A DNA stretch of 62,177 bases, the filler included, from Jimgerdemannia flammicorona (lineage: Eukaryota), in assembly GCA_003990765.1 (NCBI GenBank). It is 3 parts of 3 records of this genome, joined end to end, with 100 filler letters (N's around TTAATTAATTAA, not from the genome) between each part and the next. Parts side by side here need not be neighbours in the genome. Positions count along the whole stretch, not along the records: positions 41,522 to 62,177 come from RBNJ01001626.1; 2 more parts are not named here. One strand, written 5' to 3'. The translations under genes and the position numbers were made by a program. The notes beneath the pieces are model-generated. The model was not told the origin of the DNA. It saw only the letters and a program-made list of their open reading frames with translations, and ran no database searches. This document shows, piece by piece, positions 47,831 to 62,177 of the stretch (positions are counted from its first letter, which is position 1; each line of letters starts with the position of its first letter).

Positions 47831-50800
47831 CCTGGCAGAGAAGGTTTTCTATTTTGTACTTCTGCTATATTTGAAGATATTCAGTAGCAATAGTGATCCT
47901 TGTTTCCATTTCATAGTGGTAGAGAATAAAGTGATAAGGATCTGCAGTACCCAGGTTGAGGCTAGGAGTTCTTCTTATATGGGTCCTCATGGCTCTTCTG
48001 ATGTCTTGGAACATCCTTTCTTCAACTGAGATACCTTGGTAGTTTCTTGATCTTGAGGTTTGGCAAGCAGCAGATATTTTATTTGTAGTAAGTCTTTGAG
48101 CTATTTTGGGATTGATGGGTCTTGTTGAGTTACTGCTACTACAGTTCCTTGATTCTTCTTTTATATTCCTCAAGATGCCTGAACTGTGGTCACAATGACT
48201 CACAGTTGATCATTATTACTCATCTCATAGTCTGAGTCATGCTATATGATCTTCTTGTGTTCTGATCTGGTGGCTTATAAGGAAAGGCTGTCTCTTGTAC
48301 TGATGTCATCATTTTGAGGTTATTATTACATCTTTCTTCTAAATGAGGATCTTCTTGAATATCCTTATTTATTAGTCCAGTCCTGAAAAATTTGCTGATC
48401 TCATAACCTCTGACAGGGGGTTAAAAAGTGATGTTTATGGGCTAGCATCTTCTCTATATATTTTGGCATAATAGTGAAGAGTTATTCCCTTCATATAGAG
48501 TAAGGGCCTGATTCTGATCTTGACTAATCAGTTGATGGTTCAAACTTCTCTGGCTTTGAAAGTCTCATAAGTAGTTGCTGGTGCTATATCTCTTAGAGAA
48601 TGGTCCAGACAGATAGCCTGCTAGTCATAGGATATGCTGTTATGATTTGCAGACTAGAACCTCACAGGCAGTCATCATGTTTTGCTTCTCTTATATAGGT
48701 TTATAGTACTTCTTGAGTCTGTTTATATATACTGTGGTAGGCAGTATGGTCCCTGAGATTTTTCTAAGTCAGAAGGTAGTTCTCTTGATATCTTGCATAT
48801 AGAAGGGTCCTTTCTATTTAGGCTCCAGTTTTCATAACTATGAGGCTTCTACCATATTTTGATATAGTAGGACCTTTTCTCCAATTTGGATAGGTTCTAG
48901 GGTCTTGTGATTCTTTTCTGTATTCTTTTTTGTCAGTGCTTGTAACTTGATAATATAATCTTCAGCCTTCTTCCTGATTTGGTATAGTCTCTGGATTTTT
49001 ACATCAACCTATCTCTAAGTTAGATCTAGATTTGTAGCTGAGGTTCCATCAGAATCTTCTTCTCTAAAGAGCAGTTCTCTTGGAGTAAAGTGTGTGCTCT
49101 GTGATTATATGTCTTATAGGACAGAGAGGGCAGTTGGAAGGTAGTTATTCCAATTCTCATATGTCTGAGATCTTCATCAGAATGTTTTTAAGGGTCTTGT
49201 TAGTTCTTTCTGTCTATCTATTTCCTTGAGAGTGGTATGTGGTGGTCTTGATGTACTGAATCCTGTATTTCTGATACATTATCTCATGGAATCCATTGAC
49301 AAATTCTGTGCCATGGTCTGTGGTGATTTGCCTTGGTGTCTTGTAGTAGTAGATGATTTCTTGGTGCAGAAAGTTAGCTATAGAGAGGGCATTGGCTTCT
49401 TGTAATGCTCCTGCTTCTATCCATTTGGTAAAGAGGTCTACAATAACTATAATATAGCACTTTCCTGATAGTGTTACTGGTAGTGGCCCAATGATATCCA
49501 TTGTGATGTGGTGAAAAAGGATAGGCTCAATTCTTGATAACCCAGATGTCTGGTCTTGCTGATATTGATTCTGTTTTTGGCACTTATCACACCCTTTGAC
49601 AAATTGGTACAGGTCTTCTTCTATCTTAGACCACTATATGGTTCTTTTTACCTTATCATATATGTTGGTTCCTCCTAGGTGTCCTTTATATACTTCCTTT
49701 ATTACTTGATACTTCTTTTGTTCAGATATTATAAGCTTTCCTCTTTTTCTAAGTGTGGTATTGTCTAGTTCAAACTGTTTCCAAGTCTGGTTAATGATAG
49801 TGATTGTCCAGGGTTTGAGATAGTTGGATATCTTTTGCTGCTCAAGATAGCTGATTAATCCATAGTATAACTTCTTATTTATATTGAATAGTCTTGATGA
49901 GAGTGTTTTAGGATATCCTTGAGAGTGCATCAGTATTGGTATTGGTTCTCTCTGAGTAGTGCTTGACAGTACAATCATACTCTTACAGCCTGTAGATCTA
50001 TCTGATATGTATTCCTTTAGAGTTTAGAGTATGAAATAGCCAGGCAAGAGCAGAATGGTCTGTTTGAATGGTGAAGTATTTCTCAGCTAGGTAGTAGTGG
50101 AACTTATCTACTATCCAAACTACTACTAAGTATTCAAGCTTACATGACTCATAGTTCTGTTCTACTCTGCAAGTACCTTGACTTACATAGGAGATGACAT
50201 ATTTATATCCATCTTTCTTCTGAGCTAGGACTGCTCTAAGTCCTATAGTGCTTACATCTGTCTGCAGAATGAATTCTAGGTTCCAATCTGGTCTTTTGAG
50301 GATAGGTATTTGGGTCAACCTGGTCTTGAGTTCATTGAAGGTTTCTTGGTATTCCTTGGTTCATTCAAATTTGGTTTCCTTCTTCAGTAGCTCATAGATA
50401 GGTGCTGTAATATTAGAGTATCCTTTGATAAATCTTCTGTAGTAGCTGGCCAGTCCAAGGAAGACATGGACTTCTATAGTCATTCTGGATCTCAGGTAGG
50501 CTACAATAGCCTCAATCTTCATAAAGTCTGTATGGATTCCAGTCTGGTTGATGAGGTATCCTTGGTAGGCAATTTCCTGAGCTGCAAACTTGCATTTCTT
50601 GGACTTGATGTAGAGGCCATACTCCTTGAGCTTCTTGAGGGCTAGCTATATATAGTTGATATATTTCTGTGCAGTGTTGCTGAAGATAATCATATTATCA
50701 ACATAGACAAAGAGCTATTTTCCAATCTCATTGCTGAAGACTCTGTTCATCATTTGCTGAAAACTTGCTGGGGTATTGTACATTCCAAATAGTATTCACA

Positions 50801-53800
50801 GGTAGATATAGGTGGCATTAGGTGTAATGAAGACTGATTTCTTACTGGTATCTTGAGTGAGACCAATCTGATGGAAGCCTGAGAACAGATCTAAGGTGGT
50901 GTAGTATTTGGCTTTACTTCCAAGAGTGGTAAGGATTTCTTGAATATTTGGCAAGAGCTGCCTATCCTTCTTGGTGATTGTATTGAGCTTCCTGTAATCA
51001 ATGCAGAGTCTTGGGGCAAACTCTCCAGACTTGCTTCCTTTCTTCAGGATAAGGATAATGAGTGAAGCCCAGGGACTAATAGCTTGCTTGATGATTTTGA
51101 CTTTTTTCATTTCTTTGAGTTCTACTTGCAGCCATTCTCTGTAGACAGGTGGTATAGATCTGGCTTTCTGATAGATGGGCTTGGTATTGCCAGTGTCAAC
51201 TTTATGATAGTACTTGGGTTCTTGATTGTGGATATCTCTGAAGTCTGTAGCAAGTACTCCTTTATTCTAGTATAGGATCTTGAGAAGTTGTTCTTCCAGG
51301 GGAAAGTTTTCTCCAATGGTATATATGTGCTTATTTGGATCCTTGTCTTTCTTGTACTCAAGTTTGGTAATCTTAGTAGTGGTATAGACTCTTCTTCTAG
51401 TAGATTCAAAGCCTTGTTCTCCTCTCTTGGTCTTGATGAGTTTGATGGCTTCAGTGATCTTGGGCTTCATGATTTCATGGATCAGCATCTGGCCAATCCT
51501 ATCATACTTCTTGACTTTGAATGAAGTGGTGAAGTTGTGATTCCTGACTATGAGAAAGATCTGCCAGTGTAATCAGGATCAATTACTCCTCCTTTAACTG
51601 AGATTTTGCTTTTGGCCAGACTGCTTCTGGACTTGATAATTCCAGCATGGTTCTCTGACAACTTGACTCCAATTCTAGTACCAAGTAGGGTGGTGGTCTG
51701 TGGTTTGAGAGTAGCATCTTGAATACTGGCAAGATCTATTCCTATAGCTCCTTTAGTCTTGTATTCTGGGATCTTGGCTTCAGAGTGAAACTTCTTGACC
51801 TTGAGAGTGATGTCTGGTTCTTATTCCTCCTCATTATCACTGTCAGCTTGAAGCTTTGGGGGCTGGTCATCTTCTTTGGCTTTCCTTTTTGCTTCAGCAA
51901 CTTCTTGCTTATACTTCTGTTGGCAGATTTTTCTGACTTCACTGATACAGGACCAGCAGTCATTTAGGTGTTCAGAGCAGTATATCCTAGTACCATGGGG
52001 GCATCTTTCTTGAGGGGCATAGTTATCAATAATCATGTTATACCACTGCTCATCTGTAAGCTTGGGTGTTTTGTTCTTATTCTTGTTCACTGAGTGCATG
52101 AAGACTTCTGTGTCCTCTTCATCTCCTTCCTCTATATCTGGTAGAACTCCTTTGTGGACATTGATAGAGACTTGTACCTTTCTTCCTCTATAGTTGATCT
52201 GCATCTTCTGGGTATTGAGATCAATGATGGCCTTGGTCTTGTAAAGCCATTGGTTGTCAATGAGGATATTATAGTTGGTGGTACTTGTAACAATCACATC
52301 TACTAGGATGGTAGCTCCTCCTATCTTGATGGAGACTTCTCAGATTTTGCTAAAAGGGATAGCTTATATATCATCTGCTGTAACATAGACCATCTTGGTG
52401 GACTCTTCAATGTCTCAGTCTAAGCAGTCAATTGTCTTCTTACTCATAAGACATCCTCTAGCACCAGTATAATGATGGCATCAAAGATACAATCTTTAAT
52501 CTGATATGGGGTATAGGCTGATATCTTATGCTGGTCTTCAGATTCTTTGCCTAAGTCTTCTTAATCATCTTCTTATGTATTGTGAGCTTCTATAATCTTA
52601 TACTCTTGATTCTTAGCAGTAGTTACAAGTCTTACTATTAACTGCTGTCTAAAGGCAGAGACTTTGGCTAGTTATCTAAAAGTAGCATTGACCTTCTGTT
52701 TTTTGAGGTCCTTGTAGATATCATACTGATAGATTTTAGTCTTGTATAACTTCTGTTCCTTCTTGCTTTCACTTTCTCCTAAAACTAGAGTAGTGTCTTC
52801 AATAATTTAGTAGGTAGCTTCATCTAACTCCATGTCTTGATCAATCTTCTTAAGTTGGGTCTTGCTTTAAATAGTGACAGCTGGGGTCTTCTTTGGTCTT
52901 CTAACTGGCTTGCTGTTGCTCTTCTTGTCATAGGGCTTTGACTGAGTTCTGGTACCTTCAGTAGCAGGGTAGAATTTGAGCTCCTCATAGTATTCTTTAT
53001 CATCAGTATCACCAATCTCCTTGATGACTACTGTATTGGTTTGTTCTCTGGTTCTGCTAGCATTACTTGGTTGGGCTTTACATCTTGTTTCAGTTATGCA
53101 ACTCTTTGCATAGTGGTCTTCTTCTCTATATCTGAAGCATATGATATTGCATTCTTCTGTAGTAGCTGCAAATCTCTATACTGATCTCCTGTTGGTGCTT
53201 CAGACTTCTTTAACAACATTATTAAGGTGTGTAGTCATCTCAGCAAACTGCTTGGCAAGTTCCTCCACTGGATCAGCTTTGATTACCTTAGGGGTAGGTG
53301 GAGGTAGTTGTCTGTTTACAACTGTAGTGAGTATGATACTAGTTGGCTTTGATGACTCTATCTTGATACCTGTTATTTTCTCCATTGAGTATTCAGTGGG
53401 ATGTCTAGCAGTCCAATATCTCTGTATAAAGATCACTTTCTAATCAAGGGTCAGTATAGAGCTAGGGTAGATCAGATTGCTAGGATAATTTCAGGGTGTA
53501 CTCTTTTGAGGAAGATTGAATCTGCTATTTGTTCCTTGAGGGCATCATCATAGCTAGCTAAGACAATCTGGTGGCAGATTCAGATATAGAATGAGTTGGG
53601 ATCTTCACTGAGTCCCTGGCAGATAGTATTGAGTTGATCCTTGAGAGCTTGCTTGATCTCTTCAGTATAGTATGTTATTCTGAGGAAGGCCTTCATGTTG
53701 GCAAGTTTGGCTATATCATTATTAGTAATAGTGGCTATATTGAACTTATCTCTGGCAGGTCCTCTGAGGCTGACTGGTAGAAGGACCAATTGTGCATCTA

Positions 53801-55582
53801 CACTAAGGACTTATATGGTGGCAAATTGTTCAAAGTCTTCAATAAAGACCAGGATTAACTCTTCAGTAATATATCTATAGAATATAGGGGGATGCATTTC
53901 CATCTTATCTTGAATTCTTGCAGGGGTAACTCTTATAGTTAGGTAGTTATTGTGGTAGTTATTCATTTTTCAGCTTGAAAGTGAGAGATTCATCTTGAAT
54001 CACCAGCCAATGGGCACCAAGTTATCATATAGTGATTACTGAGTCCTTCAAATATATCAGATTCTCTTCAAGGTATATCTCTTAGACTAACTCAAGTTTG
54101 TTATAAGTAAGTTCTTATTGGAGTACCTTCCTAAGATCTTATAGTTCTCAAACTTCTTATCTTTAAACTGTCTTATTATTTCTTGCAAGAAATTGTATAT
54201 AAGTAAACTTAACTAACTTTATTTCAGAGGAAATAAGAAGGATATTTATATAAAATATAATTCAATGGTTGCTAAGATATGAAGCTAAATATAAATTCTA
54301 ATAATCAAATAAAATGCTGGAACACAGAAAACTGCAAAGTTCTAGGGTCAGCACAAATGGTTGCACAGGTTTAGAATGCTGATATAATTTCAGTGATATA
54401 GGAAAATGGTGCTGGAATAATTCTGAGTCACAAGATCAGAATACCAGTAGATGAATAGCTGTTATATAGGAAAAGGATGCTGGTATAATTCAGTGTAACT
54501 AAAGGACTTAGAGCAGAAAGTTCAGGACTATGAGGGCTTCATCCTCATCATTGCTGTCCTCAAAGGAGATGAGGTTTGCAACTATTTCAGTCTCATCATA
54601 TAGGTCATGTATTTTATATGCTTCATATATATTATATGGAATAATATCATTACTGATGATGTCATCACATTTGGTGGTGGAGAAATCAGGGACTCTCCAA
54701 TCTATGAGGTTCTCTTCCACAAAATAAGGAACAAATATGGAATCTTGGAAAGATCTAACCTAGATGCTTGGGCCTTAGAATATTGAGATCAATCCTTATA
54801 GAAATTGATCTGGGTTGTTCTGGAAGATGAGATGCCAGAAGTCTTCTACTTCATTACTATTGAGAGTGATAGTGGACTGGGCTTCTATTGCCACCCTGAC
54901 TTCTAGTGCATTGATATAGTAGGCTAACAGATCTCTGAAATCTGAGATTCTAATATACTCCAAGTTAGGGATCAACTATGGTGTATATCTGAAGATCTGA
55001 TGAATCTTCTTTACTATCCTTGTTTCATATATATCCATGGAAGTGATATCTTATAACGCTTGAGGGCTGGCCTGTGGGAACTCTCAGTAGAGAAGGTTTC
55101 CTATTTTGTACTCCTGCTACATTTAGATACATTTGATAGTAATAGTGATTCTTGTTTCCATTTTATAGTAGTAGAGGATAAAGTAATAAGGATCTGCAGT
55201 ACTTAGATTGAGACTAGGAGTTCTTCTTGTATGAGTCCTCATGGCTCTTCTGATGTCTTAGAATATCCTTTCTTCAACTGAGATGCCTTAGTGGTTCCTT
55301 GACCTTGAGGTTTAGTGAGCAGCAGGCATTTCATTTGTGGTAAGTCTTTGAGCTATTTTGGGATTGGTGGGTCTTATTGAGTTGCTACTACTATGGTTCC
55401 TTGATCCTTCTTTTATATTCCTCAAGATATCTGAACTGTGGTCACAATGACTTACAGTTAGTCATTATTACTCATCTCATAGCCTGAGTTATACTATATG
55501 ATCTTCTTGTGTTCTGATCTGGTGGCTTGTAAGAAAAGGCTGTCTCTTGTACTGATGTCATCATTCTGAGGTCACCATTACA
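47831..55582 (-). mobile_element. Ty3/Gypsy element D, same family as C, opposite strand
   Basis: 5' LTR 54023-55582 starts TGTAATGGTGAC. Truncated 3' LTR 47831-48330 follows the PPT. gag about 52700-53900, dUTPase about 51400-51800, RT about 50450-51110, RNase H about 49910-50290, integrase 48690-49882. Confidence 0.93.
54508..55329 (-). pseudogene. LTR U3-encoded accessory protein in the element D 5' LTR (274 codons)
   Basis: ATG CCT GCT at 55329 is in frame with ORF 54508..54720; homologous to 26931-27773. Confidence 0.75.
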
Positions 55583-55679
55583 TTATATAAATAATAAGGG
55601 TAAGCTAAGCTACATGGGTATTTTTTATGAAAAGTAATATATTTTCAAGTTTTCACTTTATCTATATTGGTGTACTAGG

Positions 55680-58600
55680 TATAGTAAGAGTCTAATAACA
55701 ATAGTTGTACTATACATAAGTCTCATCATAGATACCCTGCCATCTCTACCTTGATATTCTTGACCATGAGCCTCTTCTCCAGAGCCTTTACCATTGTCTT
55801 CTTCTTGATAAAGCCAATCTCAACAGTTTCTACTGATGGAATAAATCTCAGTAATTCAGCCCCCACAATCTTCTTACTCACTAATTGCAGTACTTCTCTT
55901 ACTGATAGCCCTAGGTTCAAGAAATTAGTAAAGACTGCCTATATCAATACTGACATGTGAAAGAATAGATATACTACCAGCTCACTAGTTCTCATAGCCA
56001 GAGTTGTCTTGCTCTTACTCTCAGAAACACTAGCCACTATTTTATCAGAAACTATTGCACCACCAGCAGTCACACTCCCAGCTACTGTTCCAGCCTCAGA
56101 AAAGTCAGTCCCAGCAGTCCTACCCTCAGATGACCCTGCTGGGCACCTGACCAGTCAGCTGACAAGTCATCTGACTTCCACTTCTGTCAATACTATATCT
56201 TCCCTACTCTTCCACTGCAGGCCTAGAGGTAACCCTCTCACCCCCCATCACTATATATCAGCTGTCTACTCCAGTTGTCAGTCTCTGACCACTAGTCTAC
56301 CTTCCTAACTTACTAGCTTCAGCAGCTGCTACAAAACTCTTAGAGAGATCCAGGCCAGATCTTCTCCTCAAGTACTCAGAACTTAATGAATTTTAGTTCA
56401 TCAATATATAAAAACTTGACAGATTTTGATAAACTTATTATATATTAGAGCAAGATTGATCTGAGATCATTTATATTGGAGAGCAAGAGTATTGAGTTTA
56501 AAGGAGAATAGGCTCTGAGTGAGAGAAGGAAGAATTGTTGATTATCCTAGAGGAATATGATGAAGCAGAGGCCTTGCAGAAGAGAAAGTAGGAGGAGTTT
56601 ACTAAGAATTGGGTCTGGATTGAGACTGATGAGAAGAGGAGGTAATGATATAAAGAGAATTGAGAATATTTGCAGATAGTGCTATAGGAATTGATAGAGA
56701 AAGAGACCATGAGAGTTATACTTAATAGAAATCAAATAGAAAAGATGAAGGCAGCTGAAGTGTCCTTCTCACAATTGGGGAGTGTGGAAGATTATGTATA
56801 TGCACCAGTGAAAGAGAAGTAAGCTAATAGAGAGAAGGTTAAGAAGACAGGAAGTTGAGGTAGTCCCAGAGACTCAGGTAGTAGATGTGTATATGGTAGG
56901 GACTACAAATGTACACTGGGAATACCCTGAGGCCAGTGAGATAGTATAGCTAGATAAAGTCTCTGAGGAGGATAACTTGATGGAGGTGGCTTCTGATATA
57001 TATATCAGCAGATAGAGAATTGCTTCAGGAGTTATATAGGACCCTTAGGCCTGCCACCCTAGGGCCTTTGGTAATAGCAGTAGATGGTTGGTTCCAGGTA
57101 GTCCTTGAGGAGCTGGCAGAGGAAGACATTAAGGAAGTTGATGTATTTCAGAGTTTTCTAGAGTTTTCTCAATATAGCAATGTAGGGGCCAAAGTTGGTA
57201 ATAGCTATAATAGCAGCCCTTCTGGAGGATGAAGGATATGAGATAGATGATATCAGGATGGCAGATATCAAGAAGGTAGCTTCAGAGCAGGTGGACTTCT
57301 TCTGTAATAGTATAAATAGTAACTACATCTGAAGAGCAGTTTTTGAGAAATATTGAGATATTATCAAGAGTAGAACTAAGAAGGTAGTGGTAGTGATGGC
57401 TGATCTTTAAACTCTCTATTTATGATAAAGAATAATCTACAAATTTTATCACTCAATATCAATAGTCTATAAGATGGGGTCAAGTAGCAGTATCTTTTCT
57501 AGTAGCTAAAGGTCTGAAAATATAATGTGGTATTTCTTCAGGATGTTCAGATATATAATGTATAGAACTATAAAGAGTGGAGTAGGAAATAGTTTGGTAG
57601 TGTTGGTTGGAATAGGCAGGTTGATATTATAGTTAGTATTAGTAAGAGTGAGCTAGTAGATGTGGAAAACTTTAGTAGTTAACTGGTGTGAGGAAAGCTG
57701 AAGAGAGGGACTTTTGGTGGGCTCAGTGTATCTACTAGCAGTTAGTAGAGAGTGAAAGCAATAAGTGGAGAAGTGATTGGCTTGGAAGAGATGGGCAGCT
57801 ATTGGGTTGGATATTTTGGAGAAAGATTTCAATATAGTATAAGATTAGATACTGGACTATTCTGATGGTAGAGCTGGTACAGCTGTATCTCAAGGGCTGT
57901 TTCAGTGGCTTCAGATAGAGAAAGATATGGAACTGATAGATAGTATATGTCTGTAAGTAGGGGACAGGTCAGAGTTCTTCACTAGGTGGCACCTAGTGGG
58001 TAATGGATTGGTGGGGATAAGAATTGACTGAATGCTAGTAGCAGAACATTGGAGTAATATGCTAGATACTATAGAGATATAGTAGTATCTATAGTTTGAC
58101 CATTAGAGAGTGGAAGTGGGTAGAAGGTTCCAGGTAGTTAGTGGAGGAAGAGGGCATTGATATCTTAATGTGGTCTTGTTAAGGTGATCAGTAGAGAGGA
58201 AACAGTTTGTGGTAGTGGTAAGGTAGGAGGTGATAAGGTGGGTAGATAGTGGTCTGTCTGTTGCTGAATAGTGAAGAAGGTTTAAATACTTAGTAGGTGC
58301 TTATTAGTTGAATATTGGGGAGGTGGCTGGAAAGAAGCAGAAGGATAAAGAGAGGAAAGTTGAGAGGGGCCTGAGGTGGAGGCTGCAATTATTAGAAAGT
58401 GGGGTGCTGACAAGAGAGAAATAGTACCAGCTAGTTAAGGAGAGAGTCAGTTTGCAGTCAGATATGAGAGAGGTGGAGGACTGAGTGATGGATGGCCTTT
58501 TAGCTCACCTGAGGACCTGATATTTAAAAGAAAGAGAGTGTCTGACAAAGTATCTATCTGGTGTCTTAAAAGCTAGAAAGGTGTAGCATAGCTGGGCTTC

Positions 58601-61585
58601 CATTCTGTAAGAAGATAGAATCAAGGTCTCTGGACAATGGTAGGCCCTCTGGAGTGATGAGGGGGAGAGAGAGAGTGAAGTTATATATTATATCAAGAAT
58701 ACTCCTTTAGTATAAGACTGGTCAGTGATGACTTTACCAGAGATGGGAACTTTAGTGATGGGTTGAGTATCCTTAGAGAAATTGTTAAAAGTCCTGCAGA
58801 AGATATCAGATAGTTTATCACCTAGAGAGAATGGACTCTCCTGGGAATTTTGGAAGGAGTTTCAGACTGAGTTTGGTACTTAACTTGTAGAAATAGTCAA
58901 CTTTGTACTAGTGAAGGACTAGTAGATTAGTAATAGTGACTTAGGGTTAGTCTCTCTATTGTATAAGGAGAAAGACAACAGAAGGGTGTGACAAAACTAG
59001 AGGTTGATAATGTTGTTAAATATAGATAGGAAGTTGGCCTTGAAGATCTTGGTAGGAAAGATATAACAGTAGGTTAACAGATTGATAGGAGAGGAGCAGT
59101 GGGGCTTTGTGAAGGAATGGCAGATCAGGAACAGTATAGCTTGGGTGTAGAATATTTTGAAGGACTGTAGGAGCTGTAGAGTAGATGGGAGGATGGTCTT
59201 CTTAGATCAACAGAAGACATATAATAGGGTGAGGTAGTATTATCTAGAGGTGGTATTGTATAAGATCAGATTTAGTATAGAAGAGGTTGGAAGACTTATG
59301 GGACTGGTACATGGCTATAAAGGGGCAGTTCTGATGAATGGCTAGTATAGTCTAGAGTTTACTTTGGATAGAAGAGTTTCACAGAGAGACTCCCACTCCC
59401 CTCTCCTCTATATTCTCTTCTTAGAGTCAGTATTGGTCTAGCTGAGGAAATGACTGACTGGATTGTGAATGAGAGATATGGTGTGAAAGCTAGGGGTCTT
59501 TTCAGATGATATAGTGGTAGAGTTAGATAGTATTGAGGATGTAGACATTTTGCAAGAAGAAATAGGACAGTATGAGGGGCTAATTGAAGCAAAGTTAAAT
59601 TGGGAAAAGTGTGAGACTTTGGAGCTTGATACTGGTTTAGAGGCTGAGAGTGGGTTTGGACAGATTATACCTACTGGGGAGGCTGTCAGATATTTGAATA
59701 TCTGGTTCATGGTATTTGGGACAGTTCTGCCAAAAGAGTGATAGTGTGGGATAGTATAGAAATAGGAAGACATTGACAGATTGGTCTGAATATAGCTTTT
59801 CTCTAGTGGGAAAGGTGGTGGTTTTGAATATATACTGGCAAACTAAAGTTATAGTATCTGGATTATTACTTGGACTTTTCTGAGTGAGTAGTGTAGCAGC
59901 TGAAGTAAGCTGTTAAAGGGTGGCTTTGGTGAAGAAAATAACTACAGATTGGATGAGAGTCATTAGTACTACCAATTGCTGATAAGAGCCTGGGGCTGGT
60001 GGACTTTCAGTGACAGCTGAAGGCCCTTAGGGGCTGGTGAAGATATGTACTATCTGATGGAGATAGGAGAGAGAGGCTGGGGCAGATTAGTAATAGACAA
60101 TTGAGAGATTAGATTCTACCTCAGGAGTAAGGAGTGGAAGAATATAAGGAGGTTTCTCCAGATTGGAATAGTTGATAGGTTATAGTATAAAGGGTTCTGG
60201 TAGAGTATTGTGGAGGCCTGGCTAGCCATAGGATTGGCAGAGCCTGAGGTGGAGGAGATTGTTGACTCTGAGAAATAGTAGTAGAGGTTGGAGTTGCTCA
60301 GAGTAGGTAGTAGGACATTGAAGAAATATTCATTAGTTAAGACTATAGAATGGATTGAGATAGGTCCACTGGAGAGATAGCCAGTTGATTGGCAGATAGC
60401 TGAGATTGGATAGATGTGAGAGTAGAGTTAGGTTGAGATCTCGGCTAGTGGGGGGGGGTGGGTAATAGCTGGCTCACTATCGGGTAAGTGTTAGCAGTTT
60501 GGGTGGGTCTGGTGGGTCATTGGCTATTTGTGTTTGAGGAGGGGCGGCAGATGAGCCTGTAAGAGAAGGTTGTAAGGTGGGAGGAGCTGTTGGGGGACCT
60601 GTTGACTTGATGGTGGATAGATTGGGGTCCCTTAGGGGGGTGGTGGCATGGTTTGGTGACAAGGATATGCAAACAGAGTGGTGGGAGGATGGGAATTATA
60701 TTCGATAGAGTAGTGTTTCATTGAGATGGGGTAGGAGGGAGGGGCCCCCCTAGGGGGATTGGATAGGGGGTGGGTGTATTGTATTTATATCAGATAGATG
60801 GGTGTAATAAAGGATGAGTCCAAGTGACTATAAAAAAAAAAAAAAGGAGTAGAGTTAGGTCTAGAGTTAGATAGCTAAGTTGTATTGAATGGTACCCTCT
60901 AGATATTGGATAGTGTGGTAGCAATTCTTGAGAAGAAATATTATATTAAACTATCAGACAAGTTGAATAGAGGTCAATAGATATTGGAATTGTGAATAGT
61001 ATACTGAAATCTCTAGAGAGGTAGTTCAGACTCTAGAGTATGTCTTGGTGATCTGCTCTGAAGTAAAAGATTATTAGCAGATCTTAGAGGAGTACTGAGA
61101 TACTAGAGAAGAGAGGCTGGGGGACTCTATCAGTATGGTTATTCAGAGGAGGCTAGTGGGAGATATTAGTGATATCTGGAGAAATATTAGACAGATTATG
61201 AGAGTGTGGGTCCTGATGGTTACATACTAGCAGTGGGTCTTTAAGGGTAAAAGTTGAATGGGAATTGGTGAATTAGTAGAGTAATGATACTAACTTATAA
61301 GAGAGATGGTACAAGAGTAGTAGTGTTAGAGGAGGCAGTGGGAGCTGAGAGCAGTAAAGAAGATATACATAGGATATTATTTTAGAGAGCCAAGACCAGT
61401 TGATTTTGGAAGATAGAGGAGTATAATGGAAGATTGGTATTAGTTAAAAAGACCTTTTAGAGAGGTTTAGCTGATTTTCTTTGAGATGAGTTGTTGATAG
61501 TTGATGGGATCTATGATTTGTATATTGTTTTTATAGAGTTATTTTGATAATAAAGGAGTCTAAGCAACTATAAAAAAAAAAAAAA
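55680..61585 (+). mobile_element. Strongly decayed L1/Tx1-like LINE with poly(A) tail; its 5' part (about 55680-56440) is inverted
   Basis: ORF1 N-terminal homology on the minus strand (55726..55920). ORF1 C-terminus, APE and RT remnants on the plus strand (LNIDRK, FSDD). Ends GAGTCTAAGCAACTAT(A)n. Confidence 0.8.
60434..60845 (+). mobile_element. 5'-truncated LINE nested within the older LINE
   Basis: Ends AATAAAGGATGAGTCCAAGTGACTAT(A)n. TSD GAGTAGAGTTAGGT at 60420-60433 and 60847-60860. Confidence 0.88.
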
Positions 61586-61599
61586 TTATATGTATAAAT

Positions 61600-62177
61600 A
61601 ATTGAAACTTGAGATTAGTTAGTTAGAAAGAATCAATATTATAATTTTTGTCTACTATTTTTAGTCTACAATTTATACTCTAGAATTAATGATATTCTCT
61701 AATATTAACCTACTAGTCTATTTATATTTAATATCTAATACTATCTTATCTCTATATATTTCTTATCATCAGTATACAGAAGGAGCTGGCTTACTCTATT
61801 ATTAGTAGAACATATTTTATTCTCTCCTCTAGTTCAATCTGACCATGAGTCTAGAATTATCAGTTCTATTATCCTTGACCCTATCTTACTATATCTACTT
61901 ATTGAGAAATCTATCTCTTATATATATAAGAAATAATAACTTATAATTTTTTGAATTTATTATTAATAATTTTATATAAAAATATTCATCTAATTTATAT
62001 AGTATTGATTAGAATAGAGTCTTTTCTTTTTCATTATTGAATTAGTTTATATTTATATTAAAGATTAAAGCTTAATATTGACTAATTAGAAAGAATTAAT
62101 ATCAAGTACCATATAATATTTACTAAATTATTTTTTATAGTTTCTATCTACTATTATCAGTATAAGTTTTTTTTTTT
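61600..62177 (-). mobile_element. Possible very decayed Gypsy RNase H remnant
   Basis: Minus strand gives LLLYTDDK and KNYNIDSF, reminiscent of TDHK and NADALSR; extremely AT-rich. Confidence 0.35.

Noticed and set aside
26689..55582. Elements C and D as a giant inverted repeat or composite element
   Set aside because: They are separated by an artificial gap and have different nested insertions; best read as independent copies of one family

Overview
Eukaryotic, intron-containing DNA, most likely from an early-diverging fungus (Mucoromycota-like; inferred from the kinase family and TE types). Two artificial N/TTAATTAATTAA linkers (20662-20761, 41422-41521) split it into three contigs that need not be adjacent. 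A CpG-rich gene island (about 7.7-20.6 kb) holds a three-copy tandem array of non-RD TKL-like kinases (one intact, two pseudogenes), a probable Scc3/STAG cohesin fragment, a WRN/EXD2-type 3'-5' exonuclease and the 3' end of SF3B2. The rest is nested, CpG-depleted transposon DNA: four Ty3/Gypsy elements from three families, two solo LTRs, several L1/Tx1-like LINEs, an apparently endonuclease-less Penelope-like element and a hAT-like end. The main observation is that the Gypsy elements share an architecture like that of complex retroviruses. It runs gag-PR-(Cys/His domain)-dUTPase-RT-RNaseH, then a stop, then an integrase in a separate frame with its own MN(K/Q)(E/K)L start. A conserved accessory protein of unknown function sits downstream of integrase in one family and lies wholly inside the LTR U3 in two others.
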